A DNA stretch of 63,272 nucleotides, the filler included, from Folioceros fuciformis (lineage: Eukaryota), in NCBI GenBank assembly GCA_049999805.1. It is 10 parts of 10 records of this genome, joined end to end, with 100 filler letters (N's around TTAATTAATTAA, not from the genome) between each part and the next. Parts side by side here need not be neighbours in the genome. Positions count along the whole stretch, not along the records: positions 10,142 to 17,821 come from JBNGIO010005064.1; positions 17,922 to 27,898 come from JBNGIO010005065.1; 8 more parts are not named here. One strand, given 5' to 3'. Positions 12,164 through 24,854 of the stretch are shown here, in pieces. A program made the translations under genes and the position numbers. The stretch's first letter is position 1. Each line of letters begins with the position of its first letter. The notes below the pieces were generated by a model that saw only the letters and a program-made list of their open reading frames with translations, did no database searches and was not told where the DNA came from.

Positions 12164-14553
12164 ATGGGGCTGGAGTTGGAGATGGCTACGGAGGAGCTTG
12201 GCCTGGCGGCAGACATGGACGACGTGCCGCTGCTGAGGGTGACGAAGGAGGCGAACGGATTCTCGGATTCAACATCTGCGGGCTACCACAATTCTCATCC
12301 TCTTGCACCTGTACCTGCGGAAAGGGAACGGGAAGTGGAGGTGGAGGAGCAGGCGGATGCAGAGGAAGTGGCAGTGGCGGAGGAGCTGGATTTGTTGCGG
12401 AGGAAGGAGGACAAGTCCCCGCTTTTGATGAAGGGACACGTTCCCAGCCATGTCATTTCCTCCTCCTCCAACGGCCTGGATCAGCAGCCACATCATGCTG
12501 CGAACGCGACTCTGGCGCAGTCCGACAGCTTGGAGGAGATGGAGGTGAAGTACGCAGCGTATGTGAGGAAGGATGCGTACGGTACCTGGGGTTCGGGGTC
12601 GGTGACGATCTGGGAGGCTGCCAAGCTCTTTCTGGCGGTGCTCGTTGTGGCTCCCATTCGCGTGGTCTCGCTGCTCTTCGTACTTGTGCTCTTCTACGTT
12701 ATTTGCCGGGTCTGCACACTGTTTCGGACACCCTCGCAGCAGGTTCTAGCTCAAGCTTTTGGTTTGGGACTTGCAAGCGAGCTGTCATGTGAATTCCTGC
12801 ACACCAGCTCCTCTGGTCCCCAAGCCAGAGCTTCCTTCTTGTATCGGATGTGGAGCGGGTTCTAACCTAATGTTGCCTTGCAGGACGGACTAGAGGGCTA
12901 TGGACATCTGACAGGTGTTCGCCGCTCCATTATTTTTAACTCGGGCCGTTTCTGCGCACGGCTAATTTTGTTCATTCTCGGTTTCTACTACATCAGTGAG
13001 ACGGAGAGGGACACTGAGCTGATGGAACGGCTTCAGCTTGGCTTGGGAGAACCAGGCGAGGTATTTATTGCCATGGAGTCCGTGGGACTTGTTGCTGAAG
13101 CGTAATGCTATCTTTTGGCCCGCGAATTCTGAAGGAAGGAGCTGGATATGCCCTTGTCATTTCCTTGTTTTGCTGGGGCAGGGCAATGAGGAAGTCGACG
13201 ATTCCTCGGTTCGAGCAGGTGCTATTGTTTCGAACCACATATCGTATTTGGACATACTTTATCACATGTCCGCGTCGTTTCCAAGTTTTGTGGCGAAGGT
13301 GTGCAGTGAATTGCTAGTTTTTTGATGCCGGATTATTCTTTGTGCTACATTGACTAAGAAGCAGATGGCAGTGAGCTGGTTTTCTTACCGTCGTTGCCAC
13401 ATGTCCTTTTTCTACGGTCATGTGTTTTGGTGCGAATTTGAAGAGATCAGTGGCCCGAATACCTCTCGTGGGTTTGATCAGGTGGGTTGTTTTAGTGTCG
13501 ACGACTTGCATCTCAATTGGTACCAATCTCAATTTGGCTTTTCCAAAACTGGAGCTCGCAACTGACAAGTTCATGCGAATGGTTTGGTTTTTTCTTCCTG
13601 ATGTCCCAGCAAGTGCCTAGGATGCGTTTATGTGCAACGAGAATCGAAATCTACTGACTTCAAGGGAGTTTCAGGTTAATCCCACAAGTCAAAGTTCTCG
13701 TACATCGACTGTGTCTATGTTTGTTCAATCATTTGCAAGACCACGTGTTTACTCTGTCCTCATATGGCTTTTTTGGTTCTCTTGCAGGCGTAGTTGTCCA
13801 GCGGTTGCAGGCAGCAACGCAACATGCGGAAGCACCATCCCTGCTGCTCTTCCCAGGTGGTGACCTAAAATCGTGATGCATACTGTTGATGTTGTTGTCA
13901 GCGACAGTGGTTGAAGTGCATTGCTTAAGTAGGGAATTAATTTTCGTCTTACTTATCTGTTTCTTTGCAGAGGGCACAACCACCAATGGCGATTATGTGC
14001 TGCCTTTCAAGACTGGTGCATTTCTTGCAGGGACTCCTGTACTGCCAGTGATTTTGAGATATCCTTACGTCAGGTTCAGTCCTGCTTGGGACACCATATC
14101 AGGGGTAAGGGGCAGCATGGTTCCGTGGGTTTTGGAAGAAACCGCGAGTTGTTGTGGATGAGCTCAACCAAGTGTCTTGTCTTTGGGTTGTGCAGGTGCG
14201 ACATGTATGTTTACTGCTCTGCCAGTTTATTAACAATTTGGAAGTTATCAGACTACCACTGTATCGTCCATCGGCAAAGGAGCGTGAAGACCCAAAATTG
14301 TACGCGCAAAATGTTCGCAGGTTGATGGCTGCAGAGGTGAGTTTGAGGCCCTGGGTTTCGGCTATATTTCATTGATTATCTTGAAATTCGACGCTCAGTA
14401 GTTCTTGCGCTTCATACGGTGGTCATCGTGTTCTGGCAGGGGTGCTTAACGATGGCAGATATTGGCCTACCTGAGAAACGTATTTACCATTCCGCTCTTC
14501 GTGGTAACAGTCTTCCTAAAATCCGGGATGAGAAGCATGGGAAGTCGGACTGA
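12164..14553 (+). CDS. LPEAT1: Lysophospholipid acyltransferase, LPEAT1-like; 9 exons (approx. 12164-12742, 12884-13060, 13182-13298, 13444-13481, 13610-13674, 13788-13856, 13971-14104, 14196-14336, 14439-14553)
   Basis: NHISYLD (HxxxxD), FPEGTTTNG, FKTGAF, FSPAWDTISG motifs; GT-AG introns; start could be 12182. Confidence 0.93.
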
Positions 14554-15420
14554 ATGCTCCTGCGGAACTTCAGCCTTCTAACTCATGCTCCCGTGTGCAT
14601 ATGTTGATTTTTTCCTATAGTCGAGTAAATGTGATAACGCAATTATGAAAAAGCATATTGACCTAAGCTCTGTTGAAGAGCAAAAAAAAGTAATTATTTC
14701 TATGCGATTACTTTGCTTGCCAGAAATGAGATGCGGGAGTAGCAGCTGACGATGCGTGTGCCAGGTATGTTGTGCTGCAGCTCGATTCGGTGGTTTCATT
14801 CTTCATGTCCCACTGAAAGAGAGCCTGCTGCCTACCCTACCAACCCTTCTTGGGAATGTGTTTGTTCCATGTTACTGTCCAATCCCAGATGGACATTCTT
14901 CCTACTACCACTGGCGGTTTGATTCTCCATGTCCTTCTCTGACAGACCTTGCTGTGCTACCCCTGGCAACAAGCGGCTTTCTCTTCGTGCATAAGACCTG
15001 CTCACTCTCAGCAACAACGAAAGCATGGTTGAAAGCAACTGATTCTTGCTGTGGTCTGTGTAGGGTAGCGATCTCGGACACCAGCATCTTTCAAGTAGAA
15101 CAGTGTGTGGAATTTTCGGAGTTAGTCCCTTGTGCATGTTATTTACTGTCTCAACCAGATAGTCCTCGATTTAGCGCTAGCCTCTCCGTTCTCCCGCCTC
15201 GCTCGTCTAGTGGGTCTCTGTCTACGCAATCCCCTGTTTCTCGAGCCATAACAACTACATGCTCGTACTTTATTCTATTTTATTCGCGAGACTAACGGCC
15301 GCTTCCGTGCACCATTGGGTACGTACTTGATTCTAAAAAATGGTAAAATTGATGTACAGGATTGGGTTTACAGGGACATGTACAGGTCAGGAAAGATGGG
15401 TCCACTGACAATCCTCGCTG

Positions 15421-17065
15421 CTAGTTGGGCAGGAGATTGAGAGTAGCGGTGTGCTTGGCGGCCACCGAACCGACGGTCCGTCTGTCCAATGTGGCCACAT
15501 TTGGAGTAGAGAGCCGCTCCGCCAAGGCCAAAACGGAGGAAGCTGCATTGCCCAGCTTGGTCTGTCTCCAGAACCTGAGAAGGCGAGCGAACGAAGACCA
15601 CTCCCTCCACGACCCAGGACAAACAACCTCGAAAACTCCTGTCTCGACGCATCTGTACAGAAAGAGCTCCAATTGGGCTCCTCTCATTCCTCTGATCTTG
15701 CTCCGGATGAGCTGAGTCGCTTCTGTGATGCACTCCTGTGTGAGCACCTTTCTGGACTCCCCCATGAGCTCCACAGCCCGCAGACAGAGCGGGGAGTAGA
15801 GGTCATCGCTGTCCAGCAGGGCCACCAGGAAAGACGAGTCCAACACCCAGACTTCACTGGACTTGATGGCTGAAGCCGCTGTCTTTCCGCCTATCTGCAG
15901 CTGCGACACGAAGGGAGCATGTACAAAATCAAAGGGTGCAGGGAAGACTGCGGAAATGTGGCTGCGAAGATCAGGGATCAAAAGCGACGTGCTAACCTCT
16001 GTGCTTCCCTCCTCGGATCTGGACTGCAGGTCAGCACTATCGTTGAGTGATCGTCCTGGTTGGGGATGCCTGGCCTGGTCTGCAGGGAACCTGGAGCACA
16101 GCAGGGGATGAATTCGGTTCACGTTTTGCAGGAGGAAGGAAGGTCGAGAGAGGTGAAGTGCGCACCACAACCCGTGCTTCTTTCGGAGCTCCCAGATCCG
16201 GTCATAGCTGCTGCTGGATGCGCCTTCCAAGGAACTGAAAGTCGTCAAGGGATCTCGTCTATCTGCCCACTGAGGGCAGCAGCGGCAGTGACATCAGATA
16301 CAGATCTGAAGCACCCCGAGGTTGCCGCGAAAACAATTCCACATCCCTGGCCCCCCTTCAACACACTGTTCCTTCTTACCTGAAAATCCTCGGCCCGGAA
16401 GCTCCATTCCTCATCCTCTGCACAGCCATTCAAACAGCGTCCCGGACGTGAGCACAAGGCTCAATGTAGCTCAAGGGCAGAAGCGAATCCCGTTCCCCCT
16501 ATCACACACCTTCGTTCCCGGGCAAGGCATCCAAATCCGCTGCGATGTCCCACGGGAGCTGCACTTGTTGCAGCATAGCCAGGGTTTTCAGCCCGTCTCT
16601 CAGAGCCTGGTAGCCCGCAGAGGACGTTTCCTCCGTTGCCGCTGACAAAACTGCCCTGACCGTGTCCACATCATCACGCGGGCTCAGGGAGCCCCAATCC
16701 GCCATCCAGGAGGTGGAGGCGGTACTGGCTGTCAATCCCTGCGCCCAGCCATTCCCACTCCCCATGTTCATCGCACACAAACAGAAGCCCGAGCTGGTGC
16801 ACTAAACCACTGTCGTCCCTGCCAGCCACCCAGTCCGGGCATGGGGTGGAATCCTCACCTCGGTGGCCGACAGCGCCATATCCTGCGCATGCGCACTCCG
16901 CCGGCTGAAATGTGGGCTCTCCCGGGGCACCGAATTCGAAACGCCGCCCCGCACCTGCAAGCCAGTCCGGGAAGCGGGGGAGCCCTGAGAACGAGCCTGG
17001 TGGGCGGCCCAGTGCGGGTGACACGACACTTCACCACCCAGACATGTCTGCAGCCTGAGCGCCAT
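15421..17065 (-). CDS. Spliced gene (~383 aa) with transit-peptide-like N-terminus and C-terminal VapC-like PIN domain; exons 17065-16859, 16738-16510, 16417-16380, 16269-16166, 16090-15997, 15900-15421
   Basis: Five GT-AG introns join into one stop-free 1152-nt frame; last exon has VLDSSFLVALLDSDD...ITEA...SVLALAERL...VATLDRR...LNLLP, the pattern of prokaryotic VapC/PIN proteins. Confidence 0.8.
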
Positions 17066-17921
17066 GAGCTGATACAACGAACCAAGGAAGAAAGGCACAG
17101 GCGCAGCTCTGGAGCCGCCGCAGCTGCAGCTGCAGGAGCAAGGGCGGGTGCAGGAGAAGGAGCAGGCGTAGGAGCAGGTGCAGGTGCAGGTGCTTCAAAC
17201 ACAAGATCTCGCAGCCTGTAGAGCCTTTTCATCCGACAGGGTGCATGCTGCTCCCATCTCCGCAGCTCCGGTCCCCACAAATCCGGTACCAGAATGGGAA
17301 GCCGGGCCAGCTAGAGGCCGAGGCCTCTTCAGGATCCCAAATGTACAAATAAGATGCAGAAAGCGGGAAAGTCACATGGCAATATCACCGAAATCGTTGG
17401 CGAAGCCTCCTGTGGTTTCACCTTGCCAGGATCACACAACGTGTCTCGGGCTTCGGGATATTTGGAGGCCTAGTAAAATACCGCGGACTGAGGCCGGGCA
17501 GATGCTGTAAGGGCGTCTCCGGTATCGGACATCGCGCGGCCAGATTCTAAACTCACTGGCTGCTTATCCCAAGTCTGATCTGGCACGTCTGATCTTCAAG
17601 TTGAGGAGCATCATCCCACGCTCTCTTCAAGTTGCAGAGCAGGCACCGTGCGACGTAACGGTGTTGCCAGGCAGACTTCACGCGTGTTGGGTCTGGTTAG
17701 AACGTGACAGCCGGAGGGTGTGCCCTGGGGAATGTTGTGCACGGGCTTTGGTCAGACCCCCCCCCCCTGTCTGCCGGGATGCCTTTTCCTCCTTGGCTGC
17801 TGGAACATAACACCTCCAGGCNNNNNNNNNNNNNNNNNNNNNNNNNNNNNNNNNNNNNNNNNNNNTTAATTAATTAANNNNNNNNNNNNNNNNNNNNNNN
17901 NNNNNNNNNNNNNNNNNNNNN

Positions 17922-18675
17922 TTGATCTCATGTTTGCATTCTGATATGGCCAATTCTACGTTGCGATTCAGGTTGTCTGCCTTGTTCCTCACAGAACGGT
18001 CGAGCCAAGGTAACAGATGTGCGTTGCACACTATTACTACTACTCAATGGTGGAGAGTTTCTGTTGATGCTGTTTGCGTGTTGATGTGGCACAGGGGGTC
18101 TAAGGCAAGGTGAGGGTACTCCAGTCCTATTGCTGTAAAACAATTCTGGATTCTGTCCTCTCTTGCAGCGGCGCTCCTTATACAGGCGATCAGTCTCAAG
18201 ATTACTGTTGAGGACGTGAGCCGGTCCAGGGGGGTTGCTACGCTGTGCCACAAAACGTCTCAGCCAGAGTGCAGGGTAGTCGTGCTCGTAGAGATCCAGC
18301 AAAGTGTCAATAGGGACGCTTGCTGTCTGTCTTCGTGGGTGGAACTCCCTCCTTATATTTCTTGGGAGTGCACCACGTTGACCCCCCTACAGCCGCCCTG
18401 CCTCGGCATCCTTAAAGTTTGTAGATAGGAAACAGAGCACCATGCTCTGATACCATGTAAATTGTCGAGTGGAAGCGAGAATACTTGCTTAATCTCTTGG
18501 TAGATAAATTAAACAACAAATGTCAACAAGAAAGTCTTAATACCATTCTAGGTAACGCTTGGCTAAAGGTCACCTCCATTAACCTAAACGACCACAGTCT
18601 ACTTGACCTAATCTATAGGTTAATGTTTAATACAATATATATATATCACCTATATATGTATATCTTTATCTAACA
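17922..18675 (-). mobile_element. LTR (18675-18456), PBS (18455-18444) and 5' leader of an LTR element inserted in the neighbouring copia gag
   Basis: Minus strand TGTTAG...TTACA immediately followed by TGGTATCAGAGC. Confidence 0.8.
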
Positions 18676-21600
18676 ATACTGCTTTGTTCCCGGGACGAGA
18701 ACGAGGACGAAGTAGAAGTAGAGGACGAGGAGTCTTTGGACGTGGCAGGGGCTAGTCATCCAATTATGGAAACAACACCTCTCTTCAAGGTGGGAAGAAG
18801 CCCGGTAATTGCAATTACTGCAATAAGCCAGGGCATTGGATTAAAGATTGCAGGAAACGAAAAGCGGATGAGGCAGCAAAGGGAAAGCAACCTGAAGGAC
18901 ATACTGCGAGAGCCTTGATTCTGGGGTTACTTGTAGCTTGCCTCAATTCAGTTGCTTGTGATACACATCGATGGTTTCTTGACAGTGGAGCGTCGAATCA
19001 CATGTGCTCATCTCGAAAGCAGTTTGTTACATATGAACGTGTTCCAACCTGCCACAAATCAGTAGTCTCGCTAGGAGATAATTCAAAAGTCCCCATTAAG
19101 GGTGTTGGAAAAGTCCAAATCCCCTTGAAGTATGGAGGGACTTTGAGGCTAGAGAATACCTTACACGTACCTTTGCTTGCTAAAAACTTGGTGAGCACAA
19201 TGGCACTTGGTAAGACTGGCCTCTACAGAATCACCTTCGAGGGTACGTCGCGTGTGATCTCTACATTGGACTCTCCCACTAGGGTCATATCTAGGAGGGT
19301 TCTCCCTTGTATGATCTATATCTACTGGATTTCGTTTCCCTGACTTCATCCAAGCCTGCAGCACACGCAGCCGGAGTGAAGTCAACCGCAAGTAAGGCCT
19401 TTCATTGGCATTGCCGGCTTGGTCACCCCAACATTAAGGCTATGCGAAGGCTACTCTAAGAAAAAATGGTAACAGGATTTATGGAATCCGAATTATTTGA
19501 CTTGGATTTGTGCGTGGTTTGTGTACATGGGAAACAATCTAAGTCCCATTTTGGTAGTGGTAAGCCACGCAAGCCCATAGATATTCTTGATCTTATCCAT
19601 ACAGACATCTATGGTCCATGTCTGTGGCCTCATGGGGAGGAGCTCGTTACTTTGTTGTGTTTGAAGATGATATGTCTCATTTCACTGTAATGGAGGTCCT
19701 GCAGTATAAGAGCGAGCTATTTGAGAGTTTTAAAGATACTTAGCATATGCTGAACGACAAACAGGCAAGCAATTGAAGTGCATCTGTTCAGACAATGTTA
19801 AAGAGTATCTTTCTACAGCCTTCCAACAGTTCTGTCTGGATAAGGGGATTACTTGACAGTTGACAATTCCCTATCACTCTGACATGAATGGAAGGGCTGA
19901 GAGGAGACATTGTACTATACAGGATACAGCTCGCTCCTTTCTGTTTCAAGGGAGGCTATCAATACGTTTTTTGGGCAGAAGCAGTTCAAGTTGCTACTTA
20001 TCTTCAAAACAGGATTGCCGTCTCTTCTCTTCATGGGGTAACACCGTTTGAGGAGTGGATAGGTCACAAGCCTGACTTATCTCATCTTTGCATTTTTGGT
20101 AGTGTAGCCTATGCCCACATTCTTGACAAGCTGCGACATAAGTTTGCCTACAAGTCTAGAAGGCATATCTTCATTGGGTACACTACTGGAATTCATGGGT
20201 ACAAGCTCTTCGACCCTACCTCACGCAAAGTCAGTCATGCTAGGACTGTTGTATTTGATGAGCACCCTATCTTGAAGCCTTCAGCAGTGGTTGATCCTGT
20301 AGACTATGAATATCCAGACTTAGTACCTGAGACAGACGAGAACTTATCCTCAGAGGTAGATTTAGATGTTGTTGAATTTCCTATCTCTGACCCTTCTTTT
20401 ACTGATGTCACTCTCTCCGCTCTGGACACACCTCTACCAACTCACACCTTTGAATCTCATACTAATGATTACAACTTGTCTAATTCAAACTCAGCCACAG
20501 GTTTCGAATAGCCTGCAGAAATAGTTCATGTTCCTCCTGCTCCCATCGACTTACCTGTTTCAAACCTTGAGGTTGATGACCCAATGCAGTTTGTATTACC
20601 TCTCCCTGATCCCCCTGAACATCCAGTTCCCCTCTTCTCGACCCCATAGGACTCGAGAGGAATGGTTAGAGAAACCATACAGACCGGAGGCTTGGGCTGG
20701 ACGCCAGGAGCCACAACTTGTTTCACGCTCGGTTGCCACTGGATCTAGAGAGACGATTAGAGATACAGCTCATGTTGCAGTCAACCCTGGTCATGAGCCT
20801 CAGTCCTATCATGAGGCCCTTACCAGTCCTGAATCCAAGCAATGGAAAGATGCTATCAAGTCTGAATGACTCTCTTATTTCCAATAAAACCTGGGAGCTT
20901 TGTAGAGCCCCTCAGGGGAGGAAAATTATGATGAGTAAGTGGGTCTTCAAGCTGAAGTATCAAGATGATGGTTCCATTGCCCATTATAAGGCTAGGCTGG
21001 TTGCTTGTGGCTTCTCACAAGTCCCTGGGCTGGACTATCATGATACATTCTCCCCTGTGGTCAAGGCTCAGTCTCTTCGAGTTTTGTTTGCCATGTCAGC
21101 CTTCTTCTCTCTCTTTATACATCAGATGGATGTCAAGACACCGTTTCTTCATGGCAAGCTGGAGGAGAAGATCTACATGCAACAGCCCGAAGGTCATGAG
21201 ATTGCTGGCAAGGAGGACTGGGTATGCAAGTTGCTCAAGACTATTTATGGTCTAAAGCAAAGTCCAAGAGCTTGGTATGAGTGCATAGATGAGTTCTTAT
21301 GAGATTTGGGCTTCATGAAGTCTTCAGCAGACTCTAATGTGTATCTGCTTCATGATGACATTGGCTATGTCATCTTGGCCTTGTACGTTGATGACTGTAT
21401 TCTCCTAGGTACTGACCTGCCAAACATTGAATGTGTCAAGTCCTTACTCTCAGGAAGGTTTGACATGGTGGACGTTGGTGAGTTGTCCTACTATTTGGGG
21501 ACACAGCTCCTACGAGATCCTCAAGAAGGCAATTTAGCTATACACCAAGAAAAATATATATTTGATATGCTGCATAAGTACAAGCTCCTAGATGCTAAAC

Positions 21601-24099
21601 CTTCCTTAACCCCTATGGAGGCCGGCAGTATCTATTGAAAGAGCAGTCACCTCAAACTGCTTTAGAGAAAGACCAAATGATGAGCGTACCGTATTCTCAG
21701 GCTGTTGGCTCCTTGATCTTTTGCTCTAACCATACAAGACCTGATATCTCCCTTCTAGTGAGTATGGCCTCTCAATTCTTGAAGGATCCTGGACAGATAC
21801 ATTGGTCAGCAGCAAAACGTATTTTGAGATACCTGAAAGGTACCAGTAAACATGGGATATACTACTCAAAACTAAAGTCATCCAAGGACTCTCTTACACT
21901 GACTGGTTATTGTGATGCTGGTTGGGCATCAGACCCAGACACAAGAAAGTCGATGTCAGCTTATGTCTTCTTATTAGCTGGTGGCATAATTACCTGGTCA
22001 TCTAAGAAACAATCCACAGTATCTCTGTCCTCTATAGAGGCAGAATACTCTGCTCTCACTAAAGCCCTTCCTAAGGTAAAGCACAACCTATTTAAGGAGA
22101 TGCTAGGAGTCTTAGACTCCAGCAGTATTGAAATGTCTATTTGAGGAGTGACTGACTGTTGTGTGTTACCAGTAGGGTAATTGTGCTCACAGTTCTTAGG
22201 GAGTCTCAGATCCTGAGCTTGTGCCGTCAAAGAACAGGGATCTCCTTTCTTCCCCCCTTGCTTTTAGTATCCCGAGGTAATTGGAGTCGAAATCATGTTC
22301 TGGTTCCTCTTCAGTGTCCTCGTCCTCAGTTGCAGAGGGTATCACTACTTCCTCATTTGGTATGTCCCTGGAAACTGCAAGTAACACACACGCACAATTA
22401 GTATTTCAAAGTAAGCCCTTCAGTCCTTCTCTAAACCACAACAAGAGTGGGAGGCCTTAGAGTTCTGAAGTTGCTTACCATTAAAGGATATAAAGCTCCC
22501 ACTAGAACCTCCCCACCTGTACCACTCCTCCCTTTTCATGGCTATTCCTGTCTCAGTACAGATATACATCTCTGGAGTTAGAGGGTTGTTTACACCGTCA
22601 CCGTCAGAGATCAGCCTCACCGTCTTGTTAGGGGGGTCTCTTGGCAAGGAAAAAGTTCTCCCTCGATATCTCATCGGCAACACAATCTTTGTCTCTCTTC
22701 CCTGAGGTAGAACAGCGCTATTGAGGGGACCACAAGATGAAATGAAATTAGGCAGGACAGGAGTCTCAGGTTTAGGAATTTGATCTGCAGAGTGAGCAGT
22801 TGGGTTGTGACGCATTCTTGACTACTCTGGTTCCCTCTTGAGCTCAGACTCTCGCTGCTCCAGCTTTGTTTACCTGGTCCTCCTAGTATCTGTTCATTCG
22901 GCGGCTCTCTTGTCTGCACATGTGAAGCCACTTGGGTGTTTGCCCGTGCCGAGGATAGTGTGGTGGACGCTCGGGGCAGATGCACATAGCTTGGTTTTCT
23001 TCTAGAGTTGGATATCTTGGTGCAGGAACTGGCGGAGGGTGCTCGCAGAACTCGTTAGAGGCAGTGGGAGCAGCACCCATGTCTTCAACCTAACTCCCCT
23101 CCAACACCTGGTGTCTCTCATCTAGGAGCTGGATCTACTGGTTGAAGAGAGTCGCTAGTCTCTTAGTCTAAGATATGAATCGGGGCGCTTATGGTCGCTC
23201 CTACTGCACCTCTATTCGCCATAGCTGATTCTTCTGGCTACAGGGTTCTGAGGTTGGAGATGCAAGCCTCAAGGAGCGTCTCTTCTTGGTACTTGAAGGC
23301 TCTATCAGCGCAACTGCACGAGTGAAGGAGCTTTGATAAACCCTATGTAGACTCAGGGTTTTGGGTTCTGGCTAGTTGTTAATTCGATAAACTTATAAAT
23401 GCCTACACCTCACTAAGCTGGTTAGCAATGAGTGGGAGTGTTAAAGGTATTATTTAGACCTAAGTATACATTGCTACCACTTAGGGTTAGTGATGGTTAC
23501 ATACCGTTTCAGGTTCTTAGACTATATACTTTATTTGCTTTCATGTTTTTCCTTAATGCAAGCCTACATGCTTTGTGGTCAGATGCGACTAAGGTTGTGT
23601 GCCAGTTGATCACAAATATCAACAAGTACTTGCAAGGAGTGTGACTTCCTCAAACTCCACTCACTCGTTACTACTCCTTCCCTTGCACAACTAGCGATTC
23701 CCTTGGCAAAGCTATTGAGTATCGTCTGGATGACACTTAGCTTGATGATGTTCAGGCTCAACCCCCTATCTTGGCAAACCCTAAGGATATAGTCAACCCT
23801 AAAGCTGTTTTAGATCCAATTCAACTCGTCCCTCCTGTTGTCCCTATCCCCCAAGCTACTGATGATCACCTCAACCTCAGAAAGCAAGCTCTCTAGTAAG
23901 GTTATGTATGCATTAGTATATCTAGTTGCATATCTAGTAGTACAAAGATACATATCAAGTTGATGTCTATACTTATTAAGGTATTGCCATTCATGAAGTT
24001 TATATATATAAGCATGAGCTACCTATTCTAATGTATGGTCCTAAAGGTATTCAATGATCTGGATTACAGTTGATCCTTGACTTTCTATTGTTTCTAACA
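18676..24099 (+). mobile_element. Degenerate Ty1/copia: gag end, PR, INT, RT, deleted RNase H, 1.3-kb 3' region, PPT and LTR (23439-24099)
   Basis: CNYCNKPGHWIKDC, WFLDSGASNHM, LIHTDIYGP, HQMDVKT, IYGLKQSPR, LYVDDC, ITWSSKKQ; GAGTGGGAG before TGTTAAAGG; many stops and frameshifts. Confidence 0.9.
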
Positions 24100-24151
24100 T
24101 GGTATTGGAGCAAGGGGAGCCAAGTTCTTGGCGCTATGTGACGTGGTAATT

Positions 24152-24333
24152 TGTTGGAGTATTTATTGGTTTAACCTGCTTAGGTTACTTATGTATATAT
24201 CCATACTTTACCCTGCTTAGGGTTTACCGTACATTTGAGTATTTAAACACTGTTTGTTTGACATTCAATATATCAATTGCTACTTTGAGCAAAATGCCCA
24301 GTCTACCTCTAGACCTTTACATGGTATCAGAGC
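24152..24333 (+). mobile_element. Short LTR (24152-24321) plus PBS (24322-24333)
   Basis: TGTTGG...TTTACA followed directly by TGGTATCAGAGC. Confidence 0.7.
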
Positions 24334-24854
24334 GGTCGATTGCTAGAAGGCCTTCCGCTACAATACACTAATCTCTCTTCATGCACATGTAGAGGCCAAG
24401 CAAAGAAGAATGGGTTGTTGGCCCACCCCACTTTCATGTAACATGAAAGTCACGCCAATTGACAACCTGTTTCTGCTCAGCCTACACATAGCATGTTAGA
24501 GTTCGCTACTTCTATGTTTTAAATTATTTTGAGCAGCAACAATTTTCTGTCACCTTGAAATGCCTCGTAAGTCTAGAAATTGGTATCATGTATCGGATGT
24601 AGGGGAATCAATTCCATGTCTAGATGATGCTAGGCCCAGGTGTTAAGATGCTTCAACGAGCTGGATTGCAGCATTTCCTCTTCTTTAGATCAGTCTTGTA
24701 TGTGCAATGTCTATACCTGCAATTGCCACACAAGAACCCGACAGTCTGCTTGCAAGGAGGAACGTGCTGCACCAACTGAAAACCTTGACAGAAAATTGGA
24801 CGAGAGATTGAAAGTCACAGAAGCACTTTTGGTGAAGATTTGAACCAATTCAAG

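Noticed and set aside
15421-16248. 275-aa single-exon ORF as a bacterial contaminant gene
   Set aside because: Contains two GT-AG introns, has upstream exons, and shares a contig with RPL9 and LPEAT1.
16855-17280. ORF with PAPAPA/Ala tract as N-terminus of the PIN gene
   Set aside because: Different frame from the spliced model with no clear join; treated as 5' low-complexity sequence, though an upstream exon is not excluded.
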